This document shows positions 37,257 through 50,530 of a stretch of DNA of 64,000 nucleotides, piece after piece (position 1 is the first letter of the stretch; each line of letters starts with the position of its first letter). The notes under the pieces are model-generated. The model was not told the origin of the DNA and did not search any database. It saw nothing but the letters and a program-made list of their open reading frames with translations. This DNA is from a bacterium (GTDB lineage Bacteria; SZUA-182; DTGQ01; JAFGSM01): positions 2,636-66,635 of the forward strand of contig JBLIRP010000003.1 in NCBI GenBank assembly GCA_049472355.1. Direction: 5' to 3'. The translations under genes and the position numbers were made by a program.

Positions 37257-39428
37257 CTACACCCTGCTGTCGAGAAATGTAACCACCCGGTCAAAAACCA
37301 GGTCGGAGCCCTCCCCGCGAATGATGCCGTGGCGGTCATGGGGGAAGATGAACAGTTCCTTATCCGAAGAGCCGAGTTTTTGATGAAGCTGTCTGCTCCC
37401 CTCCGGGTGGACCACCGGATCATCGGATGCCTGGATGATCAGGGTAGGGATGGTAATGGCGTCGAGCCGTTCGGATACCACATCGATGAGTTCGATCAAC
37501 TCCCGTACGCCGCTGATGGGATTTCGCAGGTAATTGATGTGTGGATTTTCCGGCCTGTTGGGCACGAAGTAGTAGCGGCTCTCCTCATTCACGAGTTTGT
37601 CCGCCAGGTTGTGCCAGAGCATGACCGCGGGGGCGATCCTGGCCATCCGTTTTCGCAGTCGCATGGCCGGATTGATCACGCATACGGCCTTGACGTTGTC
37701 ATAGAGATTGCGCGAGGCTGCGAGAAGTGCCAATGCGGCCCCTGCGCTGAATCCGGCCAGGACCACCTTTTCACAGCAGTTTGACAGCACCAGGTACCCC
37801 TGTTCAACCGACTCCAGCCACTCCTCCCAACGCCTCTGGGCCAGGTCTTCGGGGCTGGTGCCGTGCCCCCGAAGCCGGGGTGCATACACGGTATAACCAT
37901 GTCGATAAAGGTCCTCGCCAAGCGGCCTGACCTCCTCGGGTGCAGCCAGGTACCCGTGCACCAGGAGCACCCCGGCCTTTGCCCGCCGGTGACGGAGAAA
38001 GATGGGCGCACCGATGTTCATGGGCTTGGTCTCCTGGTCTATATAGTAGGTTGTGTAGTCGGTGATGAATTCCGCCTGTGCGGACGTGAGGAGCCTTTTT
38101 CTCAGAAGCCGGCGGATGAACCATCGGGGATACCAGGCAATACACTGCAATTTCCTGGTGAGGGTGCGCAGGTATTCCACCTCGTTGAGAATGACCTGAT
38201 ACATATTCTCGATTCGAATCGTATGAAAATTAAAGGGTGCGGATTTGGTTGATTTTTTCTTATAAATGGTTTCCCCCTCCAGGGCAACGACACCGCTTTT
38301 TTCCGCCACGCTGAGAAACTCGGTCAGTTTTTCCTTGTAAGAATCACAGATCTGAACGACCTCGTTTTGGCTGAACGAGGGTTGGAATCGGATGGATGCA
38401 TCCTTTGAAACCGCACCCACCGCCAGATAAAGCCGCTCCGCCAGGTCAAACAGCGTGAGACGCCTGCCGGGATAATACCTCAGGATATAGGCGATCAGAT
38501 GGTCGTAATTGACGCTGGTCATACGATAAACGCTCGCCATTGCATTCATCATCACTGTTGCGGCAATCCGGCATACAAGGGACCGGGAGGGAAGCGTCCC
38601 ATTCAGGGCCATGGGCTGCGGGCTGACGATCTCACGCCCGAATCCTTTTTTATCAAGCAGATTCTTTATTGCCAAGGGATTGCCGATACATATATCGACA
38701 TTCACGCCGGCAAGGAGCATGGCGCCTTCGGTGAGCAACTCATCCCTAAGGCGCTCGGGGATCTCCCTCGTGATATAGGAGGCGAATCTGGTGATGGCGT
38801 TTTCCGCCGGGCGAATGGGGTAATACGTCACATTGACCGGAACGATGAAGATCTCACGGTGGGTCACTTCATCCATGGATTTGAGATCGAGGACCTCCAG
38901 TTGTTGACGAAGCATGGCAGGATCGTTTTTTTGCAGGGAGTACAATCGCCGGCGATAGATCTCGGTGCACAGGGCAAGCACCGCAGCCCCGGTATGCGGC
39001 GCACGCCGGCCGCCCGTATACGAATAGACGCAGAATTTCCCTCCGGTAACGATTTTCTTGTCCTTGATCATAGCCCCTTCCGGGAAAAACAACCAGGGAT
39101 TCTCGCCCTTCAGGAGTGAACGGATGATGATCCTGTTTCGGTTGGGGTCCCTGGTGGATATCGCACCGACATTCTCCAGATAGGAACCGAGGGCGCCGTT
39201 GTAAAAGGTGTGATGGGCCAGGGACATGACGGTCTTTTTGGTGAGCATCGACAATTCGTACACAAGGATGAGGGTTTCCAGACGGGTGAAGTGATTCGCC
39301 ACAAAAATGATCACCCCGTCCGGGATCTTTCCCGCACCGTGGATATGGACGGATGCCTTGAAAAAACGCTCCAGTGCCCGGACTCCCAGCCTGCTGACCG
39401 ATAGAGTGACCCGGTTGATGTCTGTCAT
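37257..39428 (-). CDS. Fusion of a PlsC/PlsB-type acyltransferase and a carboxylesterase/monoacylglycerol-lipase-like domain
   Basis: N-terminal NHFTRLE and FPEG. C-terminal VHGYL, LRGHGT, GFSAG, DDPVV, RHGII. Confidence 0.85.
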   Translation of the reverse strand: MTDINRVTLSVSRLGVRALERFFKASVHIHGAGKIPDGVIIFVANHFTRLETLILVYELSMLTKKTVMSLAHHTFYNGALGSYLENVGAISTRDPNRNRIIIRSLLKGENPWLFFPEGAMIKDKKIVTGGKFCVYSYTGGRRAPHTGAAVLALCTEIYRRRLYSLQKNDPAMLRQQLEVLDLKSMDEVTHREIFIVPVNVTYYPIRPAENAITRFASYITREIPERLRDELLTEGAMLLAGVNVDICIGNPLAIKNLLDKKGFGREIVSPQPMALNGTLPSRSLVCRIAATVMMNAMASVYRMTSVNYDHLIAYILRYYPGRRLTLFDLAERLYLAVGAVSKDASIRFQPSFSQNEVVQICDSYKEKLTEFLSVAEKSGVVALEGETIYKKKSTKSAPFNFHTIRIENMYQVILNEVEYLRTLTRKLQCIAWYPRWFIRRLLRKRLLTSAQAEFITDYTTYYIDQETKPMNIGAPIFLRHRRAKAGVLLVHGYLAAPEEVRPLGEDLYRHGYTVYAPRLRGHGTSPEDLAQRRWEEWLESVEQGYLVLSNCCEKVVLAGFSAGAALALLAASRNLYDNVKAVCVINPAMRLRKRMARIAPAVMLWHNLADKLVNEESRYYFVPNRPENPHINYLRNPISGVRELIELIDVVSERLDAITIPTLIIQASDDPVVHPEGSRQLHQKLGSSDKELFIFPHDRHGIIRGEGSDLVFDRVVTFLDSRV

Positions 39429-39530
39429 TGCATCCTTCCTATGTGTTTCGATATATTTTCCGATCGGTTTGTTGCATTGTTTTCATATGTCTCATGACTC
39501 CATGGGGCATGAGCGGAATTGTTGTCCCTT

Positions 39531-40682
39531 TCACAATTTTCCCAAGAGACTTCCGGCGATAGTATTCTTCTGGATCTCCTTCGTACCCTCGTAAATCTCC
39601 GTGATCCGGGCATCCCGGTAGAATCGCTCCACCTCGTAGTCCAGCATATACCCGTATCCGCCCAGCAGTTGAATCGCCTCCTCGGTCACCTCAACCGCCA
39701 CCCTGGCTGCGTAGAACTTGGCCATGGAGGTGAGCTTGGGATCGATATTCCCCTGATCGAAGTTCCAGGCCGCCTTGTACACCAGAAGCCGGGCGGTTTC
39801 GATCTTTGTGGCCATATCCGCCAGCTTGTGCTGGGTGACCTGAAATTGAGCGATCCTTTTATTGAACTGTGTCCGCTCCTTGCAGTAGGCAATCGCCCGG
39901 TCAAATGCCCCCTGGGCGATCCCCAGGGCCTGGGCCGCGATCTCTATCCTGCTTTCATCAAAGAATTCCAGTGCCTGGTAGAAGCCCCGGTTTTCCTTGC
40001 CCACAAGATTGGCTACGGGGACCCTCACATCGTTGAAGGAGAGCTCCGCAGTGGAGGTCATCTTTATTCCCATCTTTTCACCGATCTCCCGGGCGGTGAA
40101 TCCCGGCGTCCCCGTATCCACGATGATCAGCGACTGGCCGCGATAGGTCGGGTTGGCCTCCCGGTCCGTTTGGCACAGGACAATGACGAAATCCCCCCTG
40201 GTCCCGTTGGTGATGAAGGTCTTGACCCCATTGATGATATATTCATTTCCCTCTCTCACTGCCGTGGTGTTCATCAGGGTGATATCACTCCCATGATCCG
40301 GCTCGGTAAAGGCCCCGCAGGATATGGCCTGGCCCTTGGTGATGGGAACGAGGTACCTCTTTTTTTGTTCCTCCGTGCCTGCCCTCAGGATGATCTCCGT
40401 AGCGAAGTCCACGATGCTCAGGGCGATGCCGATACCTGAATCCCTGCGGCAGAACTCCTCCACGATGAGGGCGTTTTCAAAGACACCGTATTCCTGCCCG
40501 TTGTATGCCTCCGGAAAATGGACCCCCACGAAATTCAGATCACAGGCCTTTTTCCAGATTGTTTCCGGGAAGGTATGGGATTTTTCGTGCTCAAGGGCGA
40601 TCTCCTTGTCGAATTCCCCCTTGGCAAAGTCCCTGGCCGCCTTCTGTATGGCCTCCTGTTCCGGGTTGAGCTTGAAATCCAT
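39531..40682 (-). CDS. Acyl-CoA dehydrogenase
   Basis: FTEPDHGSD, NGVKTFITNG, KMGI, LGGYGY, IYEGTKEIQ. Confidence 0.95.
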   Translation of the reverse strand: MDFKLNPEQEAIQKAARDFAKGEFDKEIALEHEKSHTFPETIWKKACDLNFVGVHFPEAYNGQEYGVFENALIVEEFCRRDSGIGIALSIVDFATEIILRAGTEEQKKRYLVPITKGQAISCGAFTEPDHGSDITLMNTTAVREGNEYIINGVKTFITNGTRGDFVIVLCQTDREANPTYRGQSLIIVDTGTPGFTAREIGEKMGIKMTSTAELSFNDVRVPVANLVGKENRGFYQALEFFDESRIEIAAQALGIAQGAFDRAIAYCKERTQFNKRIAQFQVTQHKLADMATKIETARLLVYKAAWNFDQGNIDPKLTSMAKFYAARVAVEVTEEAIQLLGGYGYMLDYEVERFYRDARITEIYEGTKEIQKNTIAGSLLGKL

Positions 40683-40705
40683 CGTTGACCTCCCTCTGTA
40701 TGGGA

Positions 40706-42478
40706 TTACTCGGGCACCTTGACGGTTTTTTTACACGTATCCGTTGGTTTTTCAATCGGTTCCGATTTGTTTTCTGATTGTTCCCGTATATTCCGGCACC
40801 TCTCCAATTCCGCCGCCCTGAGCTCCTTTTTGAGTATCTTGCCGATCCTGCTCTTGGGCAGGTCGGCCATGAACTCGATCTCCGTGGGGAGTTTATAGAT
40901 GGCGAGCTTCCCTTTACAGAATTCGATCAGCTCCTGTTGCGTTGCGGTCTCCCCCTTTTTGAGCACACAGAATACCTTGACGCATTCCCCCCTTGTGGGA
41001 TGGGGTTTGCCGATTGCAGCCACCTCCTTGATCTTCGGGTTTTCAAACAAGACCTCTTCAACATCGCGGGGGTAGACATTGCAGCCGCCGGACAGGACCA
41101 GGTCCTTGATGCGGTCCACGATGTAGAAGTAGCCCTCCTCATCCATCCGTGCGACATCCCCTGTATGGAGCCAGCCATCGTCAAGGGTCAGTTTCGTTTC
41201 CCCCGGCCTGTTCAGATATCCGTTCATGACCTGGGGCCCTTTGATCAGCAACTCCCCCACCTCCCCGACCGGCACCTCGGTCTTCCCATCCCTGAGGTCC
41301 ACGATCCGGCACTCGGTGTCCGGCAGGGGAAGCCCCACGCTGCCCACCTTCCTCTTTCCCCCGAAGGGATTGATATGGGTCACCGGTGAGGCCTCGGTCA
41401 GGCCGAACCCCTCAACGATGACCGCCCCGGTCCTCCCCTCGAATTCCCGAATCAACTCCACAGGAAGCGGGGCGCTTCCTGAAAAGCATCCCTTGATGGA
41501 GGTCATGTCCACCTTGTCGATATCCGGATGGTTCAGGATGCCGATGTACATGGTGGGCACAAGGGGTGCAAATACGGGCCTGTATCTTTGAATCGCTTCA
41601 ATCAATGCCTCCGGTTTGGGTTTCGGGATGAGGATGTTCCCCCACCCCATGTATACGGCGAAATTCATGGCCGCGGTCAGCCCGAACACATGGAAGAAGG
41701 GGAGGGCGCCCAGCATGACCACATGATCGTTATGGAACTGTGGAAACCAGGCGGCGAGCTGCTGGACCTGCACGCTGAGGTTCCCATGGGTCAGGATGGC
41801 CCCCTTGGAAATCCCGGTTGTGCCGCCCGTATATTGATACATGGCGATATCATCATACCCGAGGGAAACATCGGGAGGAGCCGAGGGGCAACCATTCAAG
41901 ATGTCCTTCCACCGATACACATCCTCTGCGGGTTTGACCTCCGCGGCAAGCCTCCTTTTCCTGGCGACAAACGGGAAGAACAACCGGCTGAGAAGGGGAA
42001 GATAATCCCCGATGGAGGTGTAGATGATCTGTTTGATTTGGGTCTTCGGCCTGAGATCGATCATCCGGTTGGCGAGCAGATCGAGGGTAATCAGGCAGGT
42101 GGACCCCGAATCGTTGAACTGATACGCAAGCTCTCGAACCGAAGAGAGGGGATTATTCATGATGGCGATAGCACCCACCTTCAGGACCGCATAGTAGCTG
42201 ACCACACAGTGGATGCTGTTGGGCAGGAGAATGGAAACCCGGTCGCCCTTCCGGATGCCGAAATGGTGGAGGCAGGCTGCAAAACGGTCCACCATCCTTT
42301 TCATCTCCCCGAAGGTCACCGTGTAGCCCTTGAAGAGAAGGGCCATTCTGTCAGGACATCGATCTGCGGAGGCATCGAGGAACTCGGGAAGGCATTTTCT
42401 CTCGTACTGTAACGACAGAGGGACCCCCGGTTCATAGTGCGTACACCATGGTTTGTTCCGATGCCATTGTTGTTTCAT
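40706..42478 (-). CDS. fadD: Long-chain fatty acid-CoA ligase
   Basis: YTGGTTGISKG, EGFGLTEASP, GWLHTGD, IVDRIKD. Confidence 0.92.
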   Translation of the reverse strand: MKQQWHRNKPWCTHYEPGVPLSLQYERKCLPEFLDASADRCPDRMALLFKGYTVTFGEMKRMVDRFAACLHHFGIRKGDRVSILLPNSIHCVVSYYAVLKVGAIAIMNNPLSSVRELAYQFNDSGSTCLITLDLLANRMIDLRPKTQIKQIIYTSIGDYLPLLSRLFFPFVARKRRLAAEVKPAEDVYRWKDILNGCPSAPPDVSLGYDDIAMYQYTGGTTGISKGAILTHGNLSVQVQQLAAWFPQFHNDHVVMLGALPFFHVFGLTAAMNFAVYMGWGNILIPKPKPEALIEAIQRYRPVFAPLVPTMYIGILNHPDIDKVDMTSIKGCFSGSAPLPVELIREFEGRTGAVIVEGFGLTEASPVTHINPFGGKRKVGSVGLPLPDTECRIVDLRDGKTEVPVGEVGELLIKGPQVMNGYLNRPGETKLTLDDGWLHTGDVARMDEEGYFYIVDRIKDLVLSGGCNVYPRDVEEVLFENPKIKEVAAIGKPHPTRGECVKVFCVLKKGETATQQELIEFCKGKLAIYKLPTEIEFMADLPKSRIGKILKKELRAAELERCRNIREQSENKSEPIEKPTDTCKKTVKVPE

Positions 42479-43723
42479 GATCTTCTACACATCCGTCATC
42501 ACTGGATATTCCTGAAGATCATGGCATCGCCCTGCCCCATGCCGATACACATGGTGACCAGCCCGTACTCGACGTCCGGTCTCCTTTGCAGTTCGTGCAC
42601 CATGGTGGTGGCAAGCTTGGCGCCGGTGGCGCCCAGCGGATGGCCCAGGGCCGTGGCCCCGCCGTTCACATTGATGATGCTCTTGAATTCCTCTTCATCC
42701 AGGTTGTAATCCTTGCACAACTGCTTGATACAGGCGAGTGACTGGGCACAGAATGCCTCGTTCATCTCGATGAGGCCGATGTCGCTGATATCCATGCCCG
42801 CCCTTTTCAGGACCATGCGTGTTGACACCACCGGCCCGAACCCCATGATATTGGGGTCCACGCCCACGGACGCCCATGCAATGATCTCCGCCATGGGTTT
42901 GAGCCCTCGTTTCTTCATATAGGATTCCGTGACCACGAACAATCCCGAGGCGCCGTCCGAATAGGGGGCCGAGGTGGCGGCGGTGACCGTGCCGCCGTTC
43001 TTGAATGCCGGCTTGAGCCTCTTGAACAGGGAAAGGGCGTCATCCAGGGAGGCATACGCCCTGGGACCCACATCCTGTTTCAGCACCTCGCCGTTCGGCA
43101 GGGTGACCGGGACGATCTCCTCGTCGAATTTCCCCTCGGAGGCCGCCTTCACCGCCTTGGTATGGCTCTGATAGGCGAAGACCTCCTGCTCCTTTCTGGA
43201 GACCTGGTACATCTCGGCCAGTTTCTCCGCGGTCAATCCCATGCTCAGGGCCGTGGTGTTGCCCTTTGCGAATTCATCGTAGAAATACTGGCTCGGGGTA
43301 AAGATCTCGGCCATGTCATGGTGGCCCATGTGTTCAATGCCGCTCACCAGGACCGCGCCCGGCTTTCCGTCCTTGAAATTTTGCCCTGCGATCAGGAATT
43401 CGGCTGCCTTCATGGCGGCGGTCAGACTGGAACCGCATAACCGATCCACGCTCACCGCGGGGATCTCCATGGGCAAATCCAGGGTGAGCTGGGCGATCCG
43501 TGCCACGTTCGCCCCCTGGTCCGAATCCTGGATCGCACAGCCGGTGATGATATCCGCGATATCGTTTTTGGGGATGTCGGTGTTTTCGACCAGGTCCTTC
43601 ATGACGCAGGAAAGCAGCTCCACTGAGCCCATGGCCTCATATTTACCGGGATATTTATCCAGGCCGTTTCCCCCCTCCTCGGGCGGTATCTTGTCCCCTT
43701 TGCTCTTACAAACGGGTGTTCTC

Positions 43724-46282
<2,559 letters not shown>

Positions 46283-46475
46283 GGTGCCCCTCTTTTATTG
46301 AATGATGGTGTGCAATCTCCCCAAAATACGTTCGCAGTCGATTGTTTCCCTTTTAAAAATAAAGACAAACCCCTAATTGTATATCGGCCAAATCGCCAAA
46401 GGAATTGGGGTCAAGAGGAATTGAGGAATTGGGATCAGGTCTTGAAATGACAGTTTTTCTGAAAAATGTGAAAAA

Positions 46476-46921
46476 TGGGGTCAGGTCTTGAATTGACAGT
46501 TTTTCTCAGGAAATATGATGTATTCGTTTGAGTATATTATATTTTCATAATTCTTAGCGCCACAAAGTGCACGAGGGTTTGCTCTGAAAATATCCTGTAT
46601 TCACTTGAAAATCCCCTTTGGAGCATTTTCATGCCTCTTTGTGAGCCGAAGGCTCATCTGCGTTTCACTTCTACATTCTACATTCTACATTCTACATTCG
46701 ATATTCGATATTCGCAGTTTCATCAGGCTCATGAGCGTTTCATCTGAAAATATTATATTTTCATACTTCGTGGCGCCACAGAGGGGCATGAGCGTTTGTT
46801 CAGAAAACAAGACCTATGCTCTTAGTGCTCTTAATGCCATTAGTCTCGGCAAGATATTTCATATTTTGTGGCGGGTACGGGGGGGTGGTCCAAAACACTG
46901 TCAATTCAAGACCTGACCCCA
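46476..46921. mobile_element. Non-coding MITE-like element with perfect 25-bp terminal inverted repeats
   Basis: TGGGGTCAGGTCTTGAATTGACAGT (46476-46500) and its reverse complement (46897-46921). Extra degenerate copy at 46430-46454. Internal direct repeats at 46535-46590 and 46751-46806, and a heptamer run. Confidence 0.65.
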
Positions 46922-48699
46922 CCTTGTTTTTGGCCATTGAGGCTCGCCAGGGTTGTTTTGTCGCCGCTTCTGATAAATCGGGACTCTTTCTTCATCTCAG
47001 GGAGGTAGTTTCGGATAAACCGTTCCGCCAGGGGCCTTCTCTCTGGAAATCGTTTGGCCTCATTCACCAGGAGGTGGATAATGACGTTGTAGGCCTTTAA
47101 CCGGGTCAGCCTTTCCGCGTAGAGCATGGCATAGGAAAGGGCGGCCTTTTTCCTTTTCTTGTTTTTGAACAGGCCGGCCAATACGAATGGACGCTTCAGA
47201 TAATCAACCGCAGAGTTGAAGTATATGTCCGCCTTGATCGCCTTTCGATGCAATCGGGATGAAAAGATACCCTTGATCCCCTTGATCCGGTTCCTGAGGG
47301 GTTCCAGATAGGGTACAATCCTTGATTTTTTTAGTGTGTCACCCATGGCCATCAGGGCCTGGATCTGGCTCGTTCCCTCGTAGATCGTGGTAATGATCGA
47401 ATCCCTGAGATGCAACTCCGCAAGGTAATCCGTGGTATAACCATTGCCGCCGTGGATCTGGATGTTGTCCCTGGTGATCTGGATGGATTTTTCGGTGACG
47501 AAGTATTTGACGATGGGGACCATCTCCCGGGCCAGGTATTTATATTTTTTGAATTCCCTTTCAATCCGGGCCCTTTCTTGGGAGTCCCCCTGGAAGCGCT
47601 TCAGCCTTTCCTCCAGTCCGGCCCTGATATCCTCACATTCGCATCCCTTGTACAGCAGACTTCTCATGGCCTTGACATCCGTTTCCATGTCCAGGAGCTT
47701 ATCCGCCACCAGTTCGTGCTGGGCGATGGGTTTGCCGAACTGCACCCGTTCGGCGGCATATTCCCGCGCCTCTTCCAGGGCCTTTTGTGCGATACCGAGC
47801 GCCTGGGCGGATACCCCTAATCGGGCCTCATTCATCAGGTAAAACATCTGCTTCAGGCCCTGGCCCTCTTCACCCACCAGATAGCCGATGGATTTGTCAA
47901 ACAGAAGCTCCAGGGTGGGGGATGCATGGATACCCAGCTTGTGCTCTGCGGTCCCCAGTGAGAAGTTGCTGATTTTGCCTCCATTCTTCTGGATATATCT
48001 CGGCACCACATACATGCTCAGCCCTTTGGTCCCTGATGCCTTCTGGTCGGACCGGGCAAGCACCAGGGTCACCTCGCCGTTCCCATTGGTGATGAATGTC
48101 TTGGTACCTGTTATCTCCCAGTGATCCCCTTTGTTTTCCGCTATGGTTCGGACCTGGCCCAGGTCGGAGCCGGCATCCGATTCCGTCAGGGACATGGACC
48201 CGCCATACTCTCCCTTCACCAGCTTGGGGATGTACTGCCGTTTCAGATCCTCGCTGGCAAAGACCTCCAAGGTCTTTGCCACGCCGGAATAGAATGCGTA
48301 CACCGTCATAAATGCCGCGTCTGCCCTGCAGATCATCTCCATATTGATCATGTGAATCAATCCGGGCATACCAGGGCCTTCATATTCAGGCCGCACATTG
48401 AGGGCCAGGGCCTCGGACTGTTTGAATGCCGCCAGTGCCTTTTTAAAGCCCTCGGTATAGATCACGTCTCCGTTTTCGCATCTGATGCCGATTTCATCGC
48501 TCTCCCTGGCCGTTTCCTCGAGTTCGTTGGCCGCAATGGCGCCGAGCTCTTTCAACGTATCATGGTACATATTGACGGCCTGCTTCAGCGTGAAATTGCC
48601 ATCCAGATTCTCGAACAGAGGGACGATCTTCTCCCAGTTGATGGTATTCTTGAAATGAAATTGGATATCTTCATCCAGGAAGTAGGTCTTTTTGGCCAT
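46906..48699 (-). CDS. Acyl-CoA dehydrogenase (long form)
   Basis: MSLTESDAGSD, GTKTFITNG, EHKLGIHASPT, HGGNGY, IYEGTSQIQ. Confidence 0.93.
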   Translation of the reverse strand: MAKKTYFLDEDIQFHFKNTINWEKIVPLFENLDGNFTLKQAVNMYHDTLKELGAIAANELEETARESDEIGIRCENGDVIYTEGFKKALAAFKQSEALALNVRPEYEGPGMPGLIHMINMEMICRADAAFMTVYAFYSGVAKTLEVFASEDLKRQYIPKLVKGEYGGSMSLTESDAGSDLGQVRTIAENKGDHWEITGTKTFITNGNGEVTLVLARSDQKASGTKGLSMYVVPRYIQKNGGKISNFSLGTAEHKLGIHASPTLELLFDKSIGYLVGEEGQGLKQMFYLMNEARLGVSAQALGIAQKALEEAREYAAERVQFGKPIAQHELVADKLLDMETDVKAMRSLLYKGCECEDIRAGLEERLKRFQGDSQERARIEREFKKYKYLAREMVPIVKYFVTEKSIQITRDNIQIHGGNGYTTDYLAELHLRDSIITTIYEGTSQIQALMAMGDTLKKSRIVPYLEPLRNRIKGIKGIFSSRLHRKAIKADIYFNSAVDYLKRPFVLAGLFKNKKRKKAALSYAMLYAERLTRLKAYNVIIHLLVNEAKRFPERRPLAERFIRNYLPEMKKESRFIRSGDKTTLASLNGQKQGGVRS

Positions 48700-48877
48700 T
48701 TTTTCGATCTCCCTCTTTCATGTCTGAATAATACTATCTACAAAGAAATTATCGACATTTGGCTCATTTTTCTCTTCGTCGATCCCCTTGAAAGGATTCG
48801 AGGGTGAGCCCTTTGAAACGATGGATGCTCGGCACTGAACGGAGCATCAGAAAAGGCCTGGATTGCCTTTTTGACAA

Positions 48878-49351
48878 ATGCACCCGCCCTTGGTGACGGG
48901 TTGTTTTATATTCGAGGCGACAAAGGGTATACTTGTGCATCATAACTACAAGAATGAGATCGCCAATGGCGTGGCAGTGACCAAGAACATCTTCGACCCG
49001 AATTGGGAAGGATTTTACGTCAACGTCCAGGTCGGGGAGGACCTGGTTACCAATCCCGAAGAGGCATCGATTCCGGATGAGTTCCTGGTGGCAAGACTTC
49101 CGGTCTCGGTTTGGCAGATGGATTACGAAATAGTGACCATTCGTCATTCGAATAAGACGGAAAATGGAGAGAATGTGCTCAGCGATCAGCACGTACAGGA
49201 GCTCATCAGTGCAATGGCCGAGATTCAAAACCACTTCAGATGGGTTTACCATATTCCTTCAAATGATCTGGGCTTTGCAATGGATATTGAATTCAAGGTG
49301 ACCCAGGACGATGAGTTACAGATTAAGCAGGCACGTCCCTGGATCGATTAA
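48878..49351 (+). pseudogene. C-terminal fragment of a PEP/pyruvate-binding (PPDK_N-like) domain protein
   Basis: GILVH..ANGVAVTKN..VNVQVGEDLVTNP..MDIEFK..IKQARP. The N-terminal part is absent. Confidence 0.6.
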
Positions 49352-49772
49352 GACCTTATAGCGATCCGGAAGGGTTCGGACCGGCTGGAACCCACCCTTA
49401 TGCGCGACGGTATTTTCAGTTTCGTTGTCAATCCATCTCTTTTATCATATCCAATGTATCATACCTTATTGATCATTTTTATCGTTTAAGTATCCAATAC
49501 CTTTGCGGATTTCTTCATGGTGTCACGCTGCCCCACTGGTTATCAGGCAACCTTCCGGGAAACAATCGCTTTGGCAGGCCTGAATCCTCTCAAATCCAAC
49601 GTGACCTATTAAAATAATTTGACAAAGAGATACTATTTCATATAATTAAATCAAATTTGTTCTATTTTTTAAGATAGGGATCTATGAGGACGGCCCTGTA
49701 TAAATCAGGGCGTCAATCCGAAGGAAAGGCCGTTTTAACGATTCGTCCCGATTTTTAAGGACAGGAGAACAG

Positions 49773-49955
49773 ATGCCAGGGGATTCGACTCCGCGCGAGG
49801 GCCAGATACTGAGAGGATCTCTCTTCAGTGAGCCAATGCGCGTGGAGACCATCCGGCCAAGCGGTGACGCGACATGGGTCCTTGGGCTGGTCGGGATACA
49901 GATGAAGAGGCATTGGAAAATATTAAGGATACTATGCATCTCCATGCCTCGCTAA
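49773..49955 (+). pseudogene. Possible N-terminal remnant of a defence-associated SNF2 helicase
   Basis: CAGGAG RBS. EGQILRGSLFSEPMRVETIR..WVLGLVG recalls the N-termini of SNF2/DUF3883 helicases (from memory, not searched). Confidence 0.4.
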
Positions 49956-49993
49956 TCCTAAACGTTATGCAAAAGCGACCTGACTTCTCATTT

Positions 49994-50473
49994 ATGATTA
50001 GAATAGAAGGAATCGACAATCAATCATTAGAGCTTGAAATTCTTAATTACCAGTTCCCTGAAATTGTTATCGAAGAATATGATGCTAACTGGTTGAATAT
50101 TTATTTCAAGATTGATTCAAAATTTGGGAAATGGCATACAGCCCATGCTTGTTTGTTGACCTGGGAAGTTCAAGAAATCATTAATTGGCTGAAATCCTTA
50201 GCTAATTATGAAAAGGTCAGAAATGAAATATCTTTTATAGAGCCCAATCTGACAATCAAGAAATTAGCAGAAAACGATGAAATAATCAGGTTACGCTTTA
50301 TTTTTGATTATGAATTGAGACCAAAGAAAGCTACTGGCAATCTCGAATGTAATGAAGATATTGAATATTATATGGATTGTGATTTGAAAAGAAATGAACT
50401 GAACAAATTAGCTAAAAATTTTGAAGCAGAACTTTTGAAATTTCCGGAAAGAGTTTATAGAGGAAAGAATTAG
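49994..50473 (+). CDS. WapI-like immunity protein, AT-rich
   Basis: ILNYQFP..YDANWL..CLLTWE..FIEPNL..FPER pattern. Confidence 0.65.
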   Translation: MIRIEGIDNQSLELEILNYQFPEIVIEEYDANWLNIYFKIDSKFGKWHTAHACLLTWEVQEIINWLKSLANYEKVRNEISFIEPNLTIKKLAENDEIIRLRFIFDYELRPKKATGNLECNEDIEYYMDCDLKRNELNKLAKNFEAELLKFPERVYRGKN

Positions 50474-50530
50474 GTTGACATCATATAACACGCCACAAAA
50501 GATTATTCATCAAAACACTACATTCTTCTT

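Noticed and set aside
50342-50362. CTCGAATGTAATGAAGA(T/C)ATT (LECNEDI) shared with 60881-60901 in the FrhB-like gene
   Set aside because: A single short match with no flanking similarity cannot be distinguished from chance by eye.
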